Assembly: GCA_029263555.1 (NCBI GenBank)
Contig: JAJUFW010000001.1
Location: 1-32,799, forward strand
Reading direction: 5' to 3'
DNA length: 32,799 nt
Source of the DNA: Alphaproteobacteria bacterium
GTDB taxonomy: Bacteria; Pseudomonadota; Alphaproteobacteria; DSM-16000; Inquilinaceae
In this document: positions 7,309-16,172 of the stretch, piece by piece
Numbering within the stretch: position 1 is the stretch's first letter
Layout: each line of letters begins with the position of its first letter
Notes under the pieces: model-generated
Told to the model about the DNA's origin: nothing
What the model saw: only the letters and a program-made list of their open reading frames with translations
Database searches by the model: none
Made by a program: the position numbers and the translations under genes

Positions 7309-8310
7309 ATGAACATGAAGGCCCTGTTCGGCGCGGGCGCCGGACTGCTTGTCGCGACGGCCGTCGCAACCGTAGGCCTCGTTGGCGCGGCCAGTGCCCA
7401 GGACGCGGCGGCAGACTATCCGAACAAGCCGATCCGCCTGATCGTGCCTTTCGCGCCGGGCGGCGGCACCGATCTGGTCGCGCGCCTTGTCGCCGAGGCG
7501 ATGTCGAAGAACATCGGCCAGCAGATCGTGGTCGAGAACTTCGGCGGCGGCGGCACGGTGATCGGCACCGAACTGGCGGTGAATGCACCGGCCGACGGCT
7601 ACACCATGATGCTCGGATCGACGACTCTGTCGATCAATCCGGGCCTGCGCGACGATCTTCCTTACGACACGCTGGCCGATCTCGAGCCGGTCAGCATGCT
7701 CTCCCGGATCCCCTACATTCTCGTGGCCAACCCGAACGCCGGCTTCAAGACGGTCGAGGAGCTGCTCGCCAAGGCGAAGGCCGAGCCGGGGTCGGTGAAT
7801 GTCGGCTCTCCGGGTGTCGGCAGCGGCGGTCACCTCGCCTCCGAACTGTTCGAATCGCTCGCCGGCGTCGATTTCACCCACATTCCCTACAAGGGCACCG
7901 GCCCGGCGCTGACGGATCTGCTGGGCGGGCAGATCGACATCCTGTTCGGCACGGCGGTATCGGTTGCGTCCCATATCGAGTCGGGCGCGCTGATCCCGAT
8001 CGCCGTATCAGTCGGCGAACGGACGAGTTCGCTGCCCGATGTCCCGACCATCGGCGAGGCCGGGGTCCCCGGATATGAGGCCTCGTCGTGGAACAGCCTG
8101 CTTGTGCCGGCCGGGACGCCGAAGCCGATCATCGATCGGCTCAATGCCGAAGTCCGCAAGGCGCTTGAAAGCGAGAGCGTGAGAGCGGCCCTGCAGCAGG
8201 ACGGCGCCGAGCCCTATCCGACCACTCCCGAACAGTTCAAGGCCTTCCTGACGGCCGAGATCGAGAAGTGGCGGCTGGTGATCGAGGCCGCCGGGATCCA
8301 GCCCGAATAA
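7309..8310 (+). CDS. Bug-family (TctC-like) substrate-binding protein 2
   Basis: A Sec-type signal (MNMKALFGAGAGLLVATAVATVGLVGAASAQD) is followed by YPNKPIRLIVPFAPGGGTDLVARLVAEAM. It is collinear with the upstream paralog throughout. Confidence 0.9.
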   Translation: MNMKALFGAGAGLLVATAVATVGLVGAASAQDAAADYPNKPIRLIVPFAPGGGTDLVARLVAEAMSKNIGQQIVVENFGGGGTVIGTELAVNAPADGYTMMLGSTTLSINPGLRDDLPYDTLADLEPVSMLSRIPYILVANPNAGFKTVEELLAKAKAEPGSVNVGSPGVGSGGHLASELFESLAGVDFTHIPYKGTGPALTDLLGGQIDILFGTAVSVASHIESGALIPIAVSVGERTSSLPDVPTIGEAGVPGYEASSWNSLLVPAGTPKPIIDRLNAEVRKALESESVRAALQQDGAEPYPTTPEQFKAFLTAEIEKWRLVIEAAGIQPE

Positions 8311-8393
8311 TCCGACCGTCGCATCAGCGAACGGCCGGCGCCGGGCAACCGGCGCCGGCCCCTTCCCCCCTTCTCCTACCCCGATGGACTCCC

Positions 8394-9536
8394 ATGAATT
8401 TCGACCTGACCGAAGAGCAGCGCAGCTTCCAGCATGAAGCACGCCGGCTGGCGCGTACCGAACTCGCACCGAAGGCAGCGCGATGGGATACCGAGGCAGA
8501 GGTGCCTTGGGAGAATATCCGCCTCCTGGCCGAGCACGGCTATATGGGCCTGATTCTCCCCGAGGAATACGGCGGGGCGGGGGCCAATCTTCTCGATCTC
8601 GTGATCGTGCTGGAAGAACTGGCCTGGGGCTGCGTGAACACCAGCCTGTTCGTCTTCAGCGCCAATGCGCAGGGAAACCGGATCGTCCAGCTGGGCACCC
8701 CGGAACATAAGGAACGATATGTGCCGCGCATCGCCCGCGGCGAGTTGCATGCCTCGCACGCCATGAGCGAGCCCGGCGCGGGCTCCGACGCCCGACGCCT
8801 GAGAACGAAGGCCGAGCGCGACGGCGACCACTATGTCGTCAACGGCAACAAGTGCTGGATATCGCGCGGCAGCGTCGCCGGCCTGTTCATCACCAACGTC
8901 ACCTTTACCGACGAGAACAAGAAGGGCCTGCTGCTGATCGAGCGCGACACGCCAGGCGTCGAGATCGGCAAGATTGAACCCTTGATGGGCCACCGCGGCA
9001 GCCCGTCGACCGAGCTGCTGTTCCGCGACTGCCGGGTTCCGGTCGAGCAGCGCATGTCGGAAGGCGACCTCAACGCCTCGCTGTTCTCCATGAGCTTCTC
9101 GCGCTGCTGCAATGCCGCGATGGGGATCGGCGCCGCCCAGCGCGCCTTCGACGAGGCAGTCGAATACATCAAGACCCGGGAAGCCTATTCGAAGAAGCTC
9201 TCCGATCTTCAGGGCCTGCGCTGGATGGTCGCCGACATGAAGGTCCGGCTCGACGCGGCGCGGCTGCTCATCTATCGCGCGGCGGCCTCGGCGGCGAGCG
9301 GCTTCCCCTCGGAATCCCAGGCGGCGGTCGCCAAGACCTTCGCCAACGAGGCGGCCCTGCAGGTCATCTCGGACGCCATGCAGCTCATGGGTGCGAACGG
9401 CTATTCGCGCGAATACCCGCTCGAGCGGATCTATCGCGACGTGCGCGGCTTCGCCATCGCCGGCGGCACCACCCAGATCCAGCGCAACCTGATCGCCCGC
9501 GCCGTGCTCGGCAAGCGCGATCACTCCGGGAACTGA
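8394..9536 (+). CDS. Acyl-CoA dehydrogenase family protein, 380 aa
   Basis: ORF 8268-9536, trimmed to ATG 8394 (MNFDLTEEQRSFQHEARRLARTELAP...). ACAD N-terminal, middle (MSEPGAGSD) and C-terminal (GGTTQIQRNLIARAVLG) signatures are present. Confidence 0.9.
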   Translation: MNFDLTEEQRSFQHEARRLARTELAPKAARWDTEAEVPWENIRLLAEHGYMGLILPEEYGGAGANLLDLVIVLEELAWGCVNTSLFVFSANAQGNRIVQLGTPEHKERYVPRIARGELHASHAMSEPGAGSDARRLRTKAERDGDHYVVNGNKCWISRGSVAGLFITNVTFTDENKKGLLLIERDTPGVEIGKIEPLMGHRGSPSTELLFRDCRVPVEQRMSEGDLNASLFSMSFSRCCNAAMGIGAAQRAFDEAVEYIKTREAYSKKLSDLQGLRWMVADMKVRLDAARLLIYRAAASAASGFPSESQAAVAKTFANEAALQVISDAMQLMGANGYSREYPLERIYRDVRGFAIAGGTTQIQRNLIARAVLGKRDHSGN

Positions 9537-9541
9537 CGCAA

Positions 9542-10915
9542 ATGCTGACAGGCAAGCTTGCCGCTTTCGCCACGACCGGCGCCGACGCGCTGCCGGCCCC
9601 CATTCTCGCCGCGGCCCGGGACGCCATAACGGACACGATCGGGGTGACGCTTGCAGGCGTTTCCGAGGAAACGGCGGCGATCGCCCGACGCTGGGCCTGC
9701 GAGGCCGGGGCGCGCCCGGTTTCCAGCATCCTCGGGACGGATGCCGGCTCCTCTCCGTCCGAAGCGGCCTTCGCCAACGGCGTCGCGGCGCATGTCCTCG
9801 ACTTCGACGACAGCCTGCCGAGCATGCGCGGCCATCCGAGCGCGACCCTCGTGCCGGTGGTCCTCGCCGTCGGAGAGGCGGAAGGCGCATCCGGACGGGA
9901 CGTGCTCGCGGCCTACGCCGTGGCGCTGGAGATCGGCGGCAAGCTCGGCCGGGCCATCGGCCATCACCATTATTTGCGGGGCTGGCATTCGACGGCGACG
10001 ATCGGCGCCTTCACCGCAACGGCGGCCGCGGCCCGGTTGTGGCGACTGGACGCCGATGCCGTCGCCACGGCTTGGGGCATCGCGGCCTCGATGGCCTCCG
10101 GCCTCGTCCGGAATTTCGGCACGATGACGAAGTCGTTCCACACCGGCCACGCCGCACGGGTCGGCATCACGGCCGCCTGGATGGCGCGCAACGGCTTTTC
10201 CGCGGACCCGGCCATCTTCGACGGCGACAACGGCTTTCTCCAGACCTACGGCTTCGGCGACGGCGAGGACCTCGCAACCCTCGTCGATGAGCTGGGCTCG
10301 AAGTGGGAGGCCGAACGGCCGGGCATTTTCGTCAAGGGCTGGCCCTGCTGCTACTGCAACCACCGGGCAATCGGCGGCCTGCTGCAGTTGATGGCGGCGA
10401 ACGGTTTCGGCGCCGACGACATCGAGGAGATCGCGGTCGGCTTCGCCCCCGGCTCGGACCGGGCGCTGATCAAGAGCGATCCGCAGACCGGTCTCGAAGC
10501 GAAGTTCAGCATCGAATATGCCGCAGCGGCGACCGTGCTGGACGGAACCCTGACGCTCGACAGCTTCACGGACGAGGCCGTGCATCGTCCGGCGGTGCGT
10601 GCGCTGATGAAGCGCGTCCGCCGCTACCAGGTGCCGGCCGAAGGTGTCTTCTCGGGCGTGGTCGGCTTCACCGACGTGACGGTGAAGGCGGGCGGATCGA
10701 CCTTCGAGATGAGGGTCGACCGTGTTCCGGGATCGCCGGACTGGAAGCTGTCCGACGACGAGCGCCGGGCGAAGTTTCTGGACTGCGCGGGACGCGCCCT
10801 CGGAGAGGACCGGGCCCGGGATCTTTTCGGCCTTGCGCGGGATCTGGATGCGCTGCCCCATGTCGCCGAGCTGATCCGGGCCACGAGGCCGGCGGGCGGC
10901 CGGAGCGAGGCATGA
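9542..10915 (+). CDS. MmgE/PrpD-family protein, paralog 1, 457 aa
   Basis: Motifs LDFDD, RGHPS, GWHSTAT, NFGTMTKSFHTGHAAR and GWPCCYCNHR. Starts 5 nt after the ACAD stop. Confidence 0.9.
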   Translation: MLTGKLAAFATTGADALPAPILAAARDAITDTIGVTLAGVSEETAAIARRWACEAGARPVSSILGTDAGSSPSEAAFANGVAAHVLDFDDSLPSMRGHPSATLVPVVLAVGEAEGASGRDVLAAYAVALEIGGKLGRAIGHHHYLRGWHSTATIGAFTATAAAARLWRLDADAVATAWGIAASMASGLVRNFGTMTKSFHTGHAARVGITAAWMARNGFSADPAIFDGDNGFLQTYGFGDGEDLATLVDELGSKWEAERPGIFVKGWPCCYCNHRAIGGLLQLMAANGFGADDIEEIAVGFAPGSDRALIKSDPQTGLEAKFSIEYAAAATVLDGTLTLDSFTDEAVHRPAVRALMKRVRRYQVPAEGVFSGVVGFTDVTVKAGGSTFEMRVDRVPGSPDWKLSDDERRAKFLDCAGRALGEDRARDLFGLARDLDALPHVAELIRATRPAGGRSEA

Positions 10916-12300
10916 TTACCGGGCGGCTCGCCGAATTCGCGACCGGTTTCGCGGATGACGCCGTGCCCGGTGCGGCGATCGCCCGGGCCGGCGACGCCCT
11001 GGTCGACACGCTGGGCGTCGCGCTCGCCGGCAGCCGGCATCCCGTCTCAGCCCTGGCCCGGACGATCGTCCCGGCGATCGGAGAGCACGAAGCCTCCGTC
11101 TGGGGCGGGGATGGGGCGAAGGTCAGGGCAGGCGACGCCGCGTTCCTGAACGCGGTCCATACCCATGCCCTGGATTTCGACGACTCCTCGCCGGCGCTCC
11201 GGGGACATCCGAGCTGCACCCTGATGCCGGTCGCGGTCGCCATCGGCGAAGCGACCGGCGCCAGCGGCCGCAGCGTGCTTGCCTCCTATGCGATCGGGCT
11301 GGAGGTGGCAAGCCGGATATCGTCGGCGCTCGGACCCGGTCATTATCTCCATGGCTGGCACACCACCGTCACCGCCGGGATTTTCGGCGCGACCGCGATC
11401 GCCGGCCGGCTCCTGGGCCTCGATCGAGAGGCGCTTTGCCGCGCCTTCGGCCTTGCGGCGAGCCGGGCGAGCGGCCTCACGCGCAATTTCGGCACGATGG
11501 CGAAGCCCCTCCATGCCGGAGATGGCGCCCGCGCCGCGATCGAGGCCGTGCATCTCGCCAGATGCGGCTTCACCGCCGATGCCGCCATTCTCGACGGACC
11601 GCAGAACTTCATTGCCGTCTACGGCCGGGGTGGAAGCCCGCTTACCCAGGACTCGCTCGAGAGCCTGGGAGAGCGCTGGACCATCGTCGCCGACGGCATT
11701 TTCGTGAAGCGTTGGCCGTGCTGCTACGCCGTGCATCGCCCGGTCGCCGCGCTGCAGGCGCTGATCGATGAGACGGGCCTCAAGAAGGACGAGATCGTCT
11801 CGGTCGAGGTCGGATTCCTGCCGGGCGTCGAGCATCCGCTGAAGCACCGGGCTCCGACGACCGGCTCGGAAGCGCGGTTCAGCATCGAATATGCGATCGC
11901 CGCCACCCTTCTCGACGGCGATCTTTCGCTGGCGTCCTTTGCCGACGACCAGGTGCGCAGGCCGGAAGCCCAGGCGCTGATGGCGCGGGTCCGCCGCTTC
12001 TCGATACCGCATGAGGGCATGTTCAACGGGCTCACCGGCTTCACCGAGCTGGTGGTCGAGACCACGGCCGGGACGATCAGGCGACGCTACGAGCGCACGC
12101 CGGGTTCGCCCGAATGGCCGCTCTCCCCGGACGAACAGGCCGCCAAGTTCCTGGGCTGCGCCGCTCTCGCCCTCGACGACCGGGAGGCGCACGACCTGCT
12201 CGGCCGCGCCCGCTCCGTCGCCGGACTGGCCGACATCCGGGCGCTGTACGATCCGGTCACGACGCCCGCCTCGTCGCCTGAACCCCTTGCTTGGAACTGA
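10912..12300 (+). CDS. MmgE/PrpD-family protein, paralog 2, 462 aa
   Basis: ORF 10303-12300, trimmed to ATG 10912 (MITGRLAEFATGF...), which overlaps the upstream stop as ATGA. Same motif set: LDFDD, RGHPS, GWHTTVT, NFGTMAKPLHAG, RWPCCYAVHR. Confidence 0.9.
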   Translation: MITGRLAEFATGFADDAVPGAAIARAGDALVDTLGVALAGSRHPVSALARTIVPAIGEHEASVWGGDGAKVRAGDAAFLNAVHTHALDFDDSSPALRGHPSCTLMPVAVAIGEATGASGRSVLASYAIGLEVASRISSALGPGHYLHGWHTTVTAGIFGATAIAGRLLGLDREALCRAFGLAASRASGLTRNFGTMAKPLHAGDGARAAIEAVHLARCGFTADAAILDGPQNFIAVYGRGGSPLTQDSLESLGERWTIVADGIFVKRWPCCYAVHRPVAALQALIDETGLKKDEIVSVEVGFLPGVEHPLKHRAPTTGSEARFSIEYAIAATLLDGDLSLASFADDQVRRPEAQALMARVRRFSIPHEGMFNGLTGFTELVVETTAGTIRRRYERTPGSPEWPLSPDEQAAKFLGCAALALDDREAHDLLGRARSVAGLADIRALYDPVTTPASSPEPLAWN

Positions 12301-12310
12301 GGAAAGCATC

Positions 12311-13531
12311 ATGTCGCGTGCATTAGCCGGGCTGCGAGTACTGGATCTGTCCGGTCCGCTTGGCAATTACTGCGGAAAACTCTTCGGCGACCTCGGTGCG
12401 GACGTCATTCTGATCGAGCCGCCGGAAGGAACGGCACTCCGCCGCGAACCCCCCTTCGTCGACGACAAGGTCGACATCGAGGCAAGCTTGCCCTTCGCCT
12501 ACGCGAATACCAGCAAGCGGGGGATCGTTCTCGATCTTGAGCAGGAGAGGGACCGGGAGGTCTTCCGGCGGCTTGCCGATACCGCCGATCTCGTGATCGA
12601 GACGTTCCGGCCGGGGACGATGAGCGCCTGGGGACTCGATTACGCCACGCTTTCGGCCAGGAATCCCCGCCTGGTCATGACGAGCATCACGCCCTTCGGC
12701 CAGACCGGCCCCTACGCGCAATACGTTGCCGAGGACATCATCGGCATGGCGATGGGAGGGCTGCTCTATCTCGGCGGCTACCCGGATACCCCTCCCATCA
12801 CCAGCTACGGCAATCAGGCCTATGCCGCGGCCAATCTCTACGGCGCGACCGCCTCTATGATGGCGCTGCTTGCCGCCGAGCAGACCGGAACCGGCGAGCA
12901 TGTCGACGTCTCCATGCAGGAGAGCGTGGTGATGGCGCTGGAAACGGCCGCCCAGTTCTATGACCTGGAGGGCACGGTGAAGAAGCGCTGGGGCGGCAAG
13001 CAGCGCCACGCCGGCACCGGCGTCTTTCCCTGCAAGGACGGCTACATCTACTTCATGGCCGGCGGCGTCGGCGGAAACCGCTTCTGGCGGCTGAGCTGCG
13101 ACTGGTTCGAGGAGGAGGGCGTTCCCGGCGCCGAACAGTTCCGCGAGGAGCGTTGGTTCACGCACGAGTTCCTGGGCACGGACGAGGCCAAGAAGATCTT
13201 CGCCGACATCTTCATCCCCTTCGCCCGCCGCTACACCATGGAGGAGCTGTACCGGAAGGGGCAGGAGAAGCACGTGCCGATCGCGCCCGTCAGCACGCCG
13301 GCCGATCTCCTGACCAATCCGCAGCTCCGCCATCGGGGCTTCTTCACCGAAATGACCCACCCGCTGCGGGCGGAGCCGTTCCTGGCGCCCGGCGCCCCCT
13401 ATCAGCTCAGCACGACGCCGTGGGCGATCGCCCGACCGGCGCCGAAGCTCGGCGAACATACGGCCGAGGTACTGGCGGAACTTGACCTTCATGCCGGCGG
13501 CCGGCCCGCCGCCGGAGCAGGAGTACGATGA
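12311..13531 (+). CDS. Family III (CaiB/BaiF) CoA-transferase 1, 406 aa
   Basis: ORF 12011-13531, trimmed to ATG 12311 with GAGGAA upstream. N-terminus LRVLDLSGPLGNYCGKLFGDLGADVILIEPPEG. The active-site region ITPFGQTGPYAQYVAEDIIGMAMGG carries Asp142 (GAC 12734-12736). Confidence 0.9.
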   Translation: MSRALAGLRVLDLSGPLGNYCGKLFGDLGADVILIEPPEGTALRREPPFVDDKVDIEASLPFAYANTSKRGIVLDLEQERDREVFRRLADTADLVIETFRPGTMSAWGLDYATLSARNPRLVMTSITPFGQTGPYAQYVAEDIIGMAMGGLLYLGGYPDTPPITSYGNQAYAAANLYGATASMMALLAAEQTGTGEHVDVSMQESVVMALETAAQFYDLEGTVKKRWGGKQRHAGTGVFPCKDGYIYFMAGGVGGNRFWRLSCDWFEEEGVPGAEQFREERWFTHEFLGTDEAKKIFADIFIPFARRYTMEELYRKGQEKHVPIAPVSTPADLLTNPQLRHRGFFTEMTHPLRAEPFLAPGAPYQLSTTPWAIARPAPKLGEHTAEVLAELDLHAGGRPAAGAGVR

Positions 13532-14754
13532 TGGCTGGACGCAGACCGCTCGAGGGGATTCGCGTCACCGATTTCACCTGGATCGGTGCCGGTTCCTTCG
13601 CAACGAAGATGCTGGCCGATGCCGGCGCCGACGTGATCAAGATCGAGAGCAGCGAGAGGCTCGACAGCCTTCGCGTCGCCCCGCCCTTCAAGGACAAGAT
13701 CAAGGGCGTCAACCGCAGCGGCTACTTCTCCGACCGCAACACCAGCAAGCGCAGCTTCGCGCTGAACCTGAAGAACCCGCGGTCCAGGGACATCGTGCTG
13801 AAGCTCGTGGAGAAGAGCGATGTCGTCGCCAACAACTTCACGCCGGGCGTGATGGAGCGGCTTGGCCTCGACTACGCCAGCATCCGCGAGGTCAAGCCGG
13901 ACATCGTGTATCTTTCGATGTCGATGCAGGGATCGACTGGCCCGCACAGCCGATATCTCGGCTATGGGCTCACGATCGGCGCGCTGTCCGGATTGCACCA
14001 TCTGTCGGGTTTGCCGGACCGTCTTCCGGCCGGCACCGGCACCAACTATCCGGACCACATGCCGAACCCGTGCCATGCGGTCTTTGCGGTGCTTGCCGCC
14101 CTGCGCCATCGGCGCCGGACCGGCGAGGGCCAGTACATCGACATCGCCCAGACCGAACCGACGATCGCCCTCCTCGCGCCGGCAGTGCTGGACTATACGG
14201 TGAACGGCCGGGTCGCGACCCGCAGCGGCAACGACCGGCCCGGCGTCGCGCCGCATGGCGTCTATCCGGTGGCGGGAAGCGACCGCTGGATCGCGATCGC
14301 GGTCACCGACGACCGGCAATGGGCCGCTCTCGTCAACGTGCTCGGGCAGCCGGACTGGGCCCGATCCGACCGTTGGAGCACGGCTGCCGACCGGTATCGG
14401 GACCGGAGCGATCTCGACCGGCTGCTTGGCCAGGAGACGGCCAGGCGCGACGGCGAGGAGCTGATGTCCGCCCTGCAGAGCGCGGGCGTTCCGGCCGGGC
14501 TGGTGCGCGACGCGGCGGACCTGATCGACCGTGATCCGCAACTGGCGCATCGCGGTCACTGGGTGAAGCTCAATCACGCCGAGATGGGCGAGACGATCTA
14601 CAACGCGCCCCCCTACCGCTTCTCCAAGTCCCGGGTGGAGCTGCGCACGCCGGCGCCCTTGCTGGGCGAGCACACCCGCGAAGTGCTGCAGGAGCTGCTG
14701 GGGATCGGCGCGGAGGAGGGCGAGGCGTTGATCCGCGAGGGGGTGCTGGTCTGA
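13528..14754 (+). CDS. Family III (CaiB/BaiF) CoA-transferase-like protein 2, 408 aa, Gly at the catalytic Asp position
   Basis: ATGA overlap with the upstream gene at 13528-13531. N-terminus IRVTDFTWIGAGSFATKMLADAGADVIKIE. The region equivalent to the active site reads GSTGPHSRYLGYGLTIGALSG (Gly147, GGG 13966-13968). Confidence 0.85.
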   Translation: MMAGRRPLEGIRVTDFTWIGAGSFATKMLADAGADVIKIESSERLDSLRVAPPFKDKIKGVNRSGYFSDRNTSKRSFALNLKNPRSRDIVLKLVEKSDVVANNFTPGVMERLGLDYASIREVKPDIVYLSMSMQGSTGPHSRYLGYGLTIGALSGLHHLSGLPDRLPAGTGTNYPDHMPNPCHAVFAVLAALRHRRRTGEGQYIDIAQTEPTIALLAPAVLDYTVNGRVATRSGNDRPGVAPHGVYPVAGSDRWIAIAVTDDRQWAALVNVLGQPDWARSDRWSTAADRYRDRSDLDRLLGQETARRDGEELMSALQSAGVPAGLVRDAADLIDRDPQLAHRGHWVKLNHAEMGETIYNAPPYRFSKSRVELRTPAPLLGEHTREVLQELLGIGAEEGEALIREGVLV

Positions 14755-16172
14755 TGCATGGACGGCCTCATCCGGACGCCTCCGACGGCGTGACGGCGAA
14801 ACTTGCCGCCTTCGTGGTCGGTCTGCCGGCGGAGGCTATCCCGGCCGCCGCCTTCGAGAAGGCGGCGAAGTGTCTGGTCGATACCGCGGCCTGCATGCTG
14901 GCCGGGGCGGCAAGCGAGGAAGCCGAGCCCCTGAAGCGGTTTCTGGCCGCGCGGGCGCCCGGCACGGCGCCGATCGTCGGCACGTCCCTTTCCGCGGATC
15001 CGGTGGTGGCCGCGCTGGTGAACGGCACCTTCGGCCATGCACTCGATTTCGACGACGTGCTGTCGATCATGCCCGCCCATCCGAGCACGGTGATCCTTCC
15101 CGCCCTGCTTGCGACGGCGCCGGCCGGCACGCCGGGAGGCGCGCTGATGGAGGCCTATGTGATCGGCCTGGAGGTCGGCGCGAAGATCGGCATTGCCATC
15201 GGCAATGGCCATTACCGCCGTGGCTGGCACGCGACCGGCACGCTGGCCATCTTCTCTGCTGTGGCGGCCCTGGGCCGGCTCCTTGGCGTCGACGAGCGCG
15301 AGATGCGCACCGCCTTCGGCATCGTCGCGTCGATGAGCAGCGGTCTGCAGTGCAACTTCGGCACGATGACGAAGCCGTTCCACGCCGGCTGGGCGTCGCA
15401 CAATGCCGTGACCGCGATCACGCTTGCCAAAGCCGGCATGACCGCCGCCACGGCGGCCTTCGAGGCGCCGTCCGGCTTCTTCTCGACCTACGGGACGGAA
15501 CGCTCGGACGTCGCGCGGATCACGGAAGGGCTGGGCGCCCCCTTCGCCCTTCTCGAGCCGGGCCTGGCGCTGAAGAAGTACCCCTGCTGCTACGCGCTTC
15601 ATCGGGCGATCGACGGGATGCTGGAGATACGCCGCCGGCGCCCCGTGTCCCCCGAGACGGTGAAGAGCGTGGTCTGCCGTGTCGCGCCCGGCGCGCTGCG
15701 GCCGCTGATCCACGACGATCCCAGGACCGGGCTCGAAGCGAAGTTCAGCATGGACTACACGCTCGCCGCCGGCATCCTCGACGGCCGCTTCGATCTCACC
15801 GCCTTCAGCGACGAGGGGCCGAACCGGCCGGGGATTCGCGCCCTGCTGCCGCGCGTTTCCAAGATCGAGGATCCCCGCTGCTTCGGCGACGACCCCGATC
15901 CCGCCATCCGCAGCGCCGGTACGGTCGGCTTCGTGGAGGTGACCGTGGAGTTCCATGACGGGACCAGCGAGACGGTGCGCATCGATCGTCCGTCCGGCTC
16001 GCCGCAGAAGGAGCTGTCCTGGGACGATCTCTCGGAAAAATTCAGCGACTGCGCCCGGGAGGCCGGCCTGTCCCAGGATGCCGCGCGCGACGCCTTCCGG
16101 ACCTGGCGCAATCTCGCCGCCGCGGCGGACGTCCAATCAGCGATAAGGGTTCTCACGAGGAGTGAAGCATGA
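14754..16172 (+). CDS. MmgE/PrpD-family protein, paralog 3, 472 aa
   Basis: TGATG junction at 14752-14756. Motifs LDFDD, AHPS, GWHATGT, NFGTMTKPFHAG and KYPCCYALHR. Confidence 0.9.
   Translation: MHGRPHPDASDGVTAKLAAFVVGLPAEAIPAAAFEKAAKCLVDTAACMLAGAASEEAEPLKRFLAARAPGTAPIVGTSLSADPVVAALVNGTFGHALDFDDVLSIMPAHPSTVILPALLATAPAGTPGGALMEAYVIGLEVGAKIGIAIGNGHYRRGWHATGTLAIFSAVAALGRLLGVDEREMRTAFGIVASMSSGLQCNFGTMTKPFHAGWASHNAVTAITLAKAGMTAATAAFEAPSGFFSTYGTERSDVARITEGLGAPFALLEPGLALKKYPCCYALHRAIDGMLEIRRRRPVSPETVKSVVCRVAPGALRPLIHDDPRTGLEAKFSMDYTLAAGILDGRFDLTAFSDEGPNRPGIRALLPRVSKIEDPRCFGDDPDPAIRSAGTVGFVEVTVEFHDGTSETVRIDRPSGSPQKELSWDDLSEKFSDCAREAGLSQDAARDAFRTWRNLAAAADVQSAIRVLTRSEA

Noticed and set aside
4700-7974. 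Long minus-strand ORFs 4700-6097 (465 aa) and 6094-7974 (626 aa).
   Set aside because: They lie antisense to the D-2-hydroxyacid dehydrogenase and the two Bug receptor genes, which have clear family motifs. The translations are R/G/D/A-rich with no motifs.
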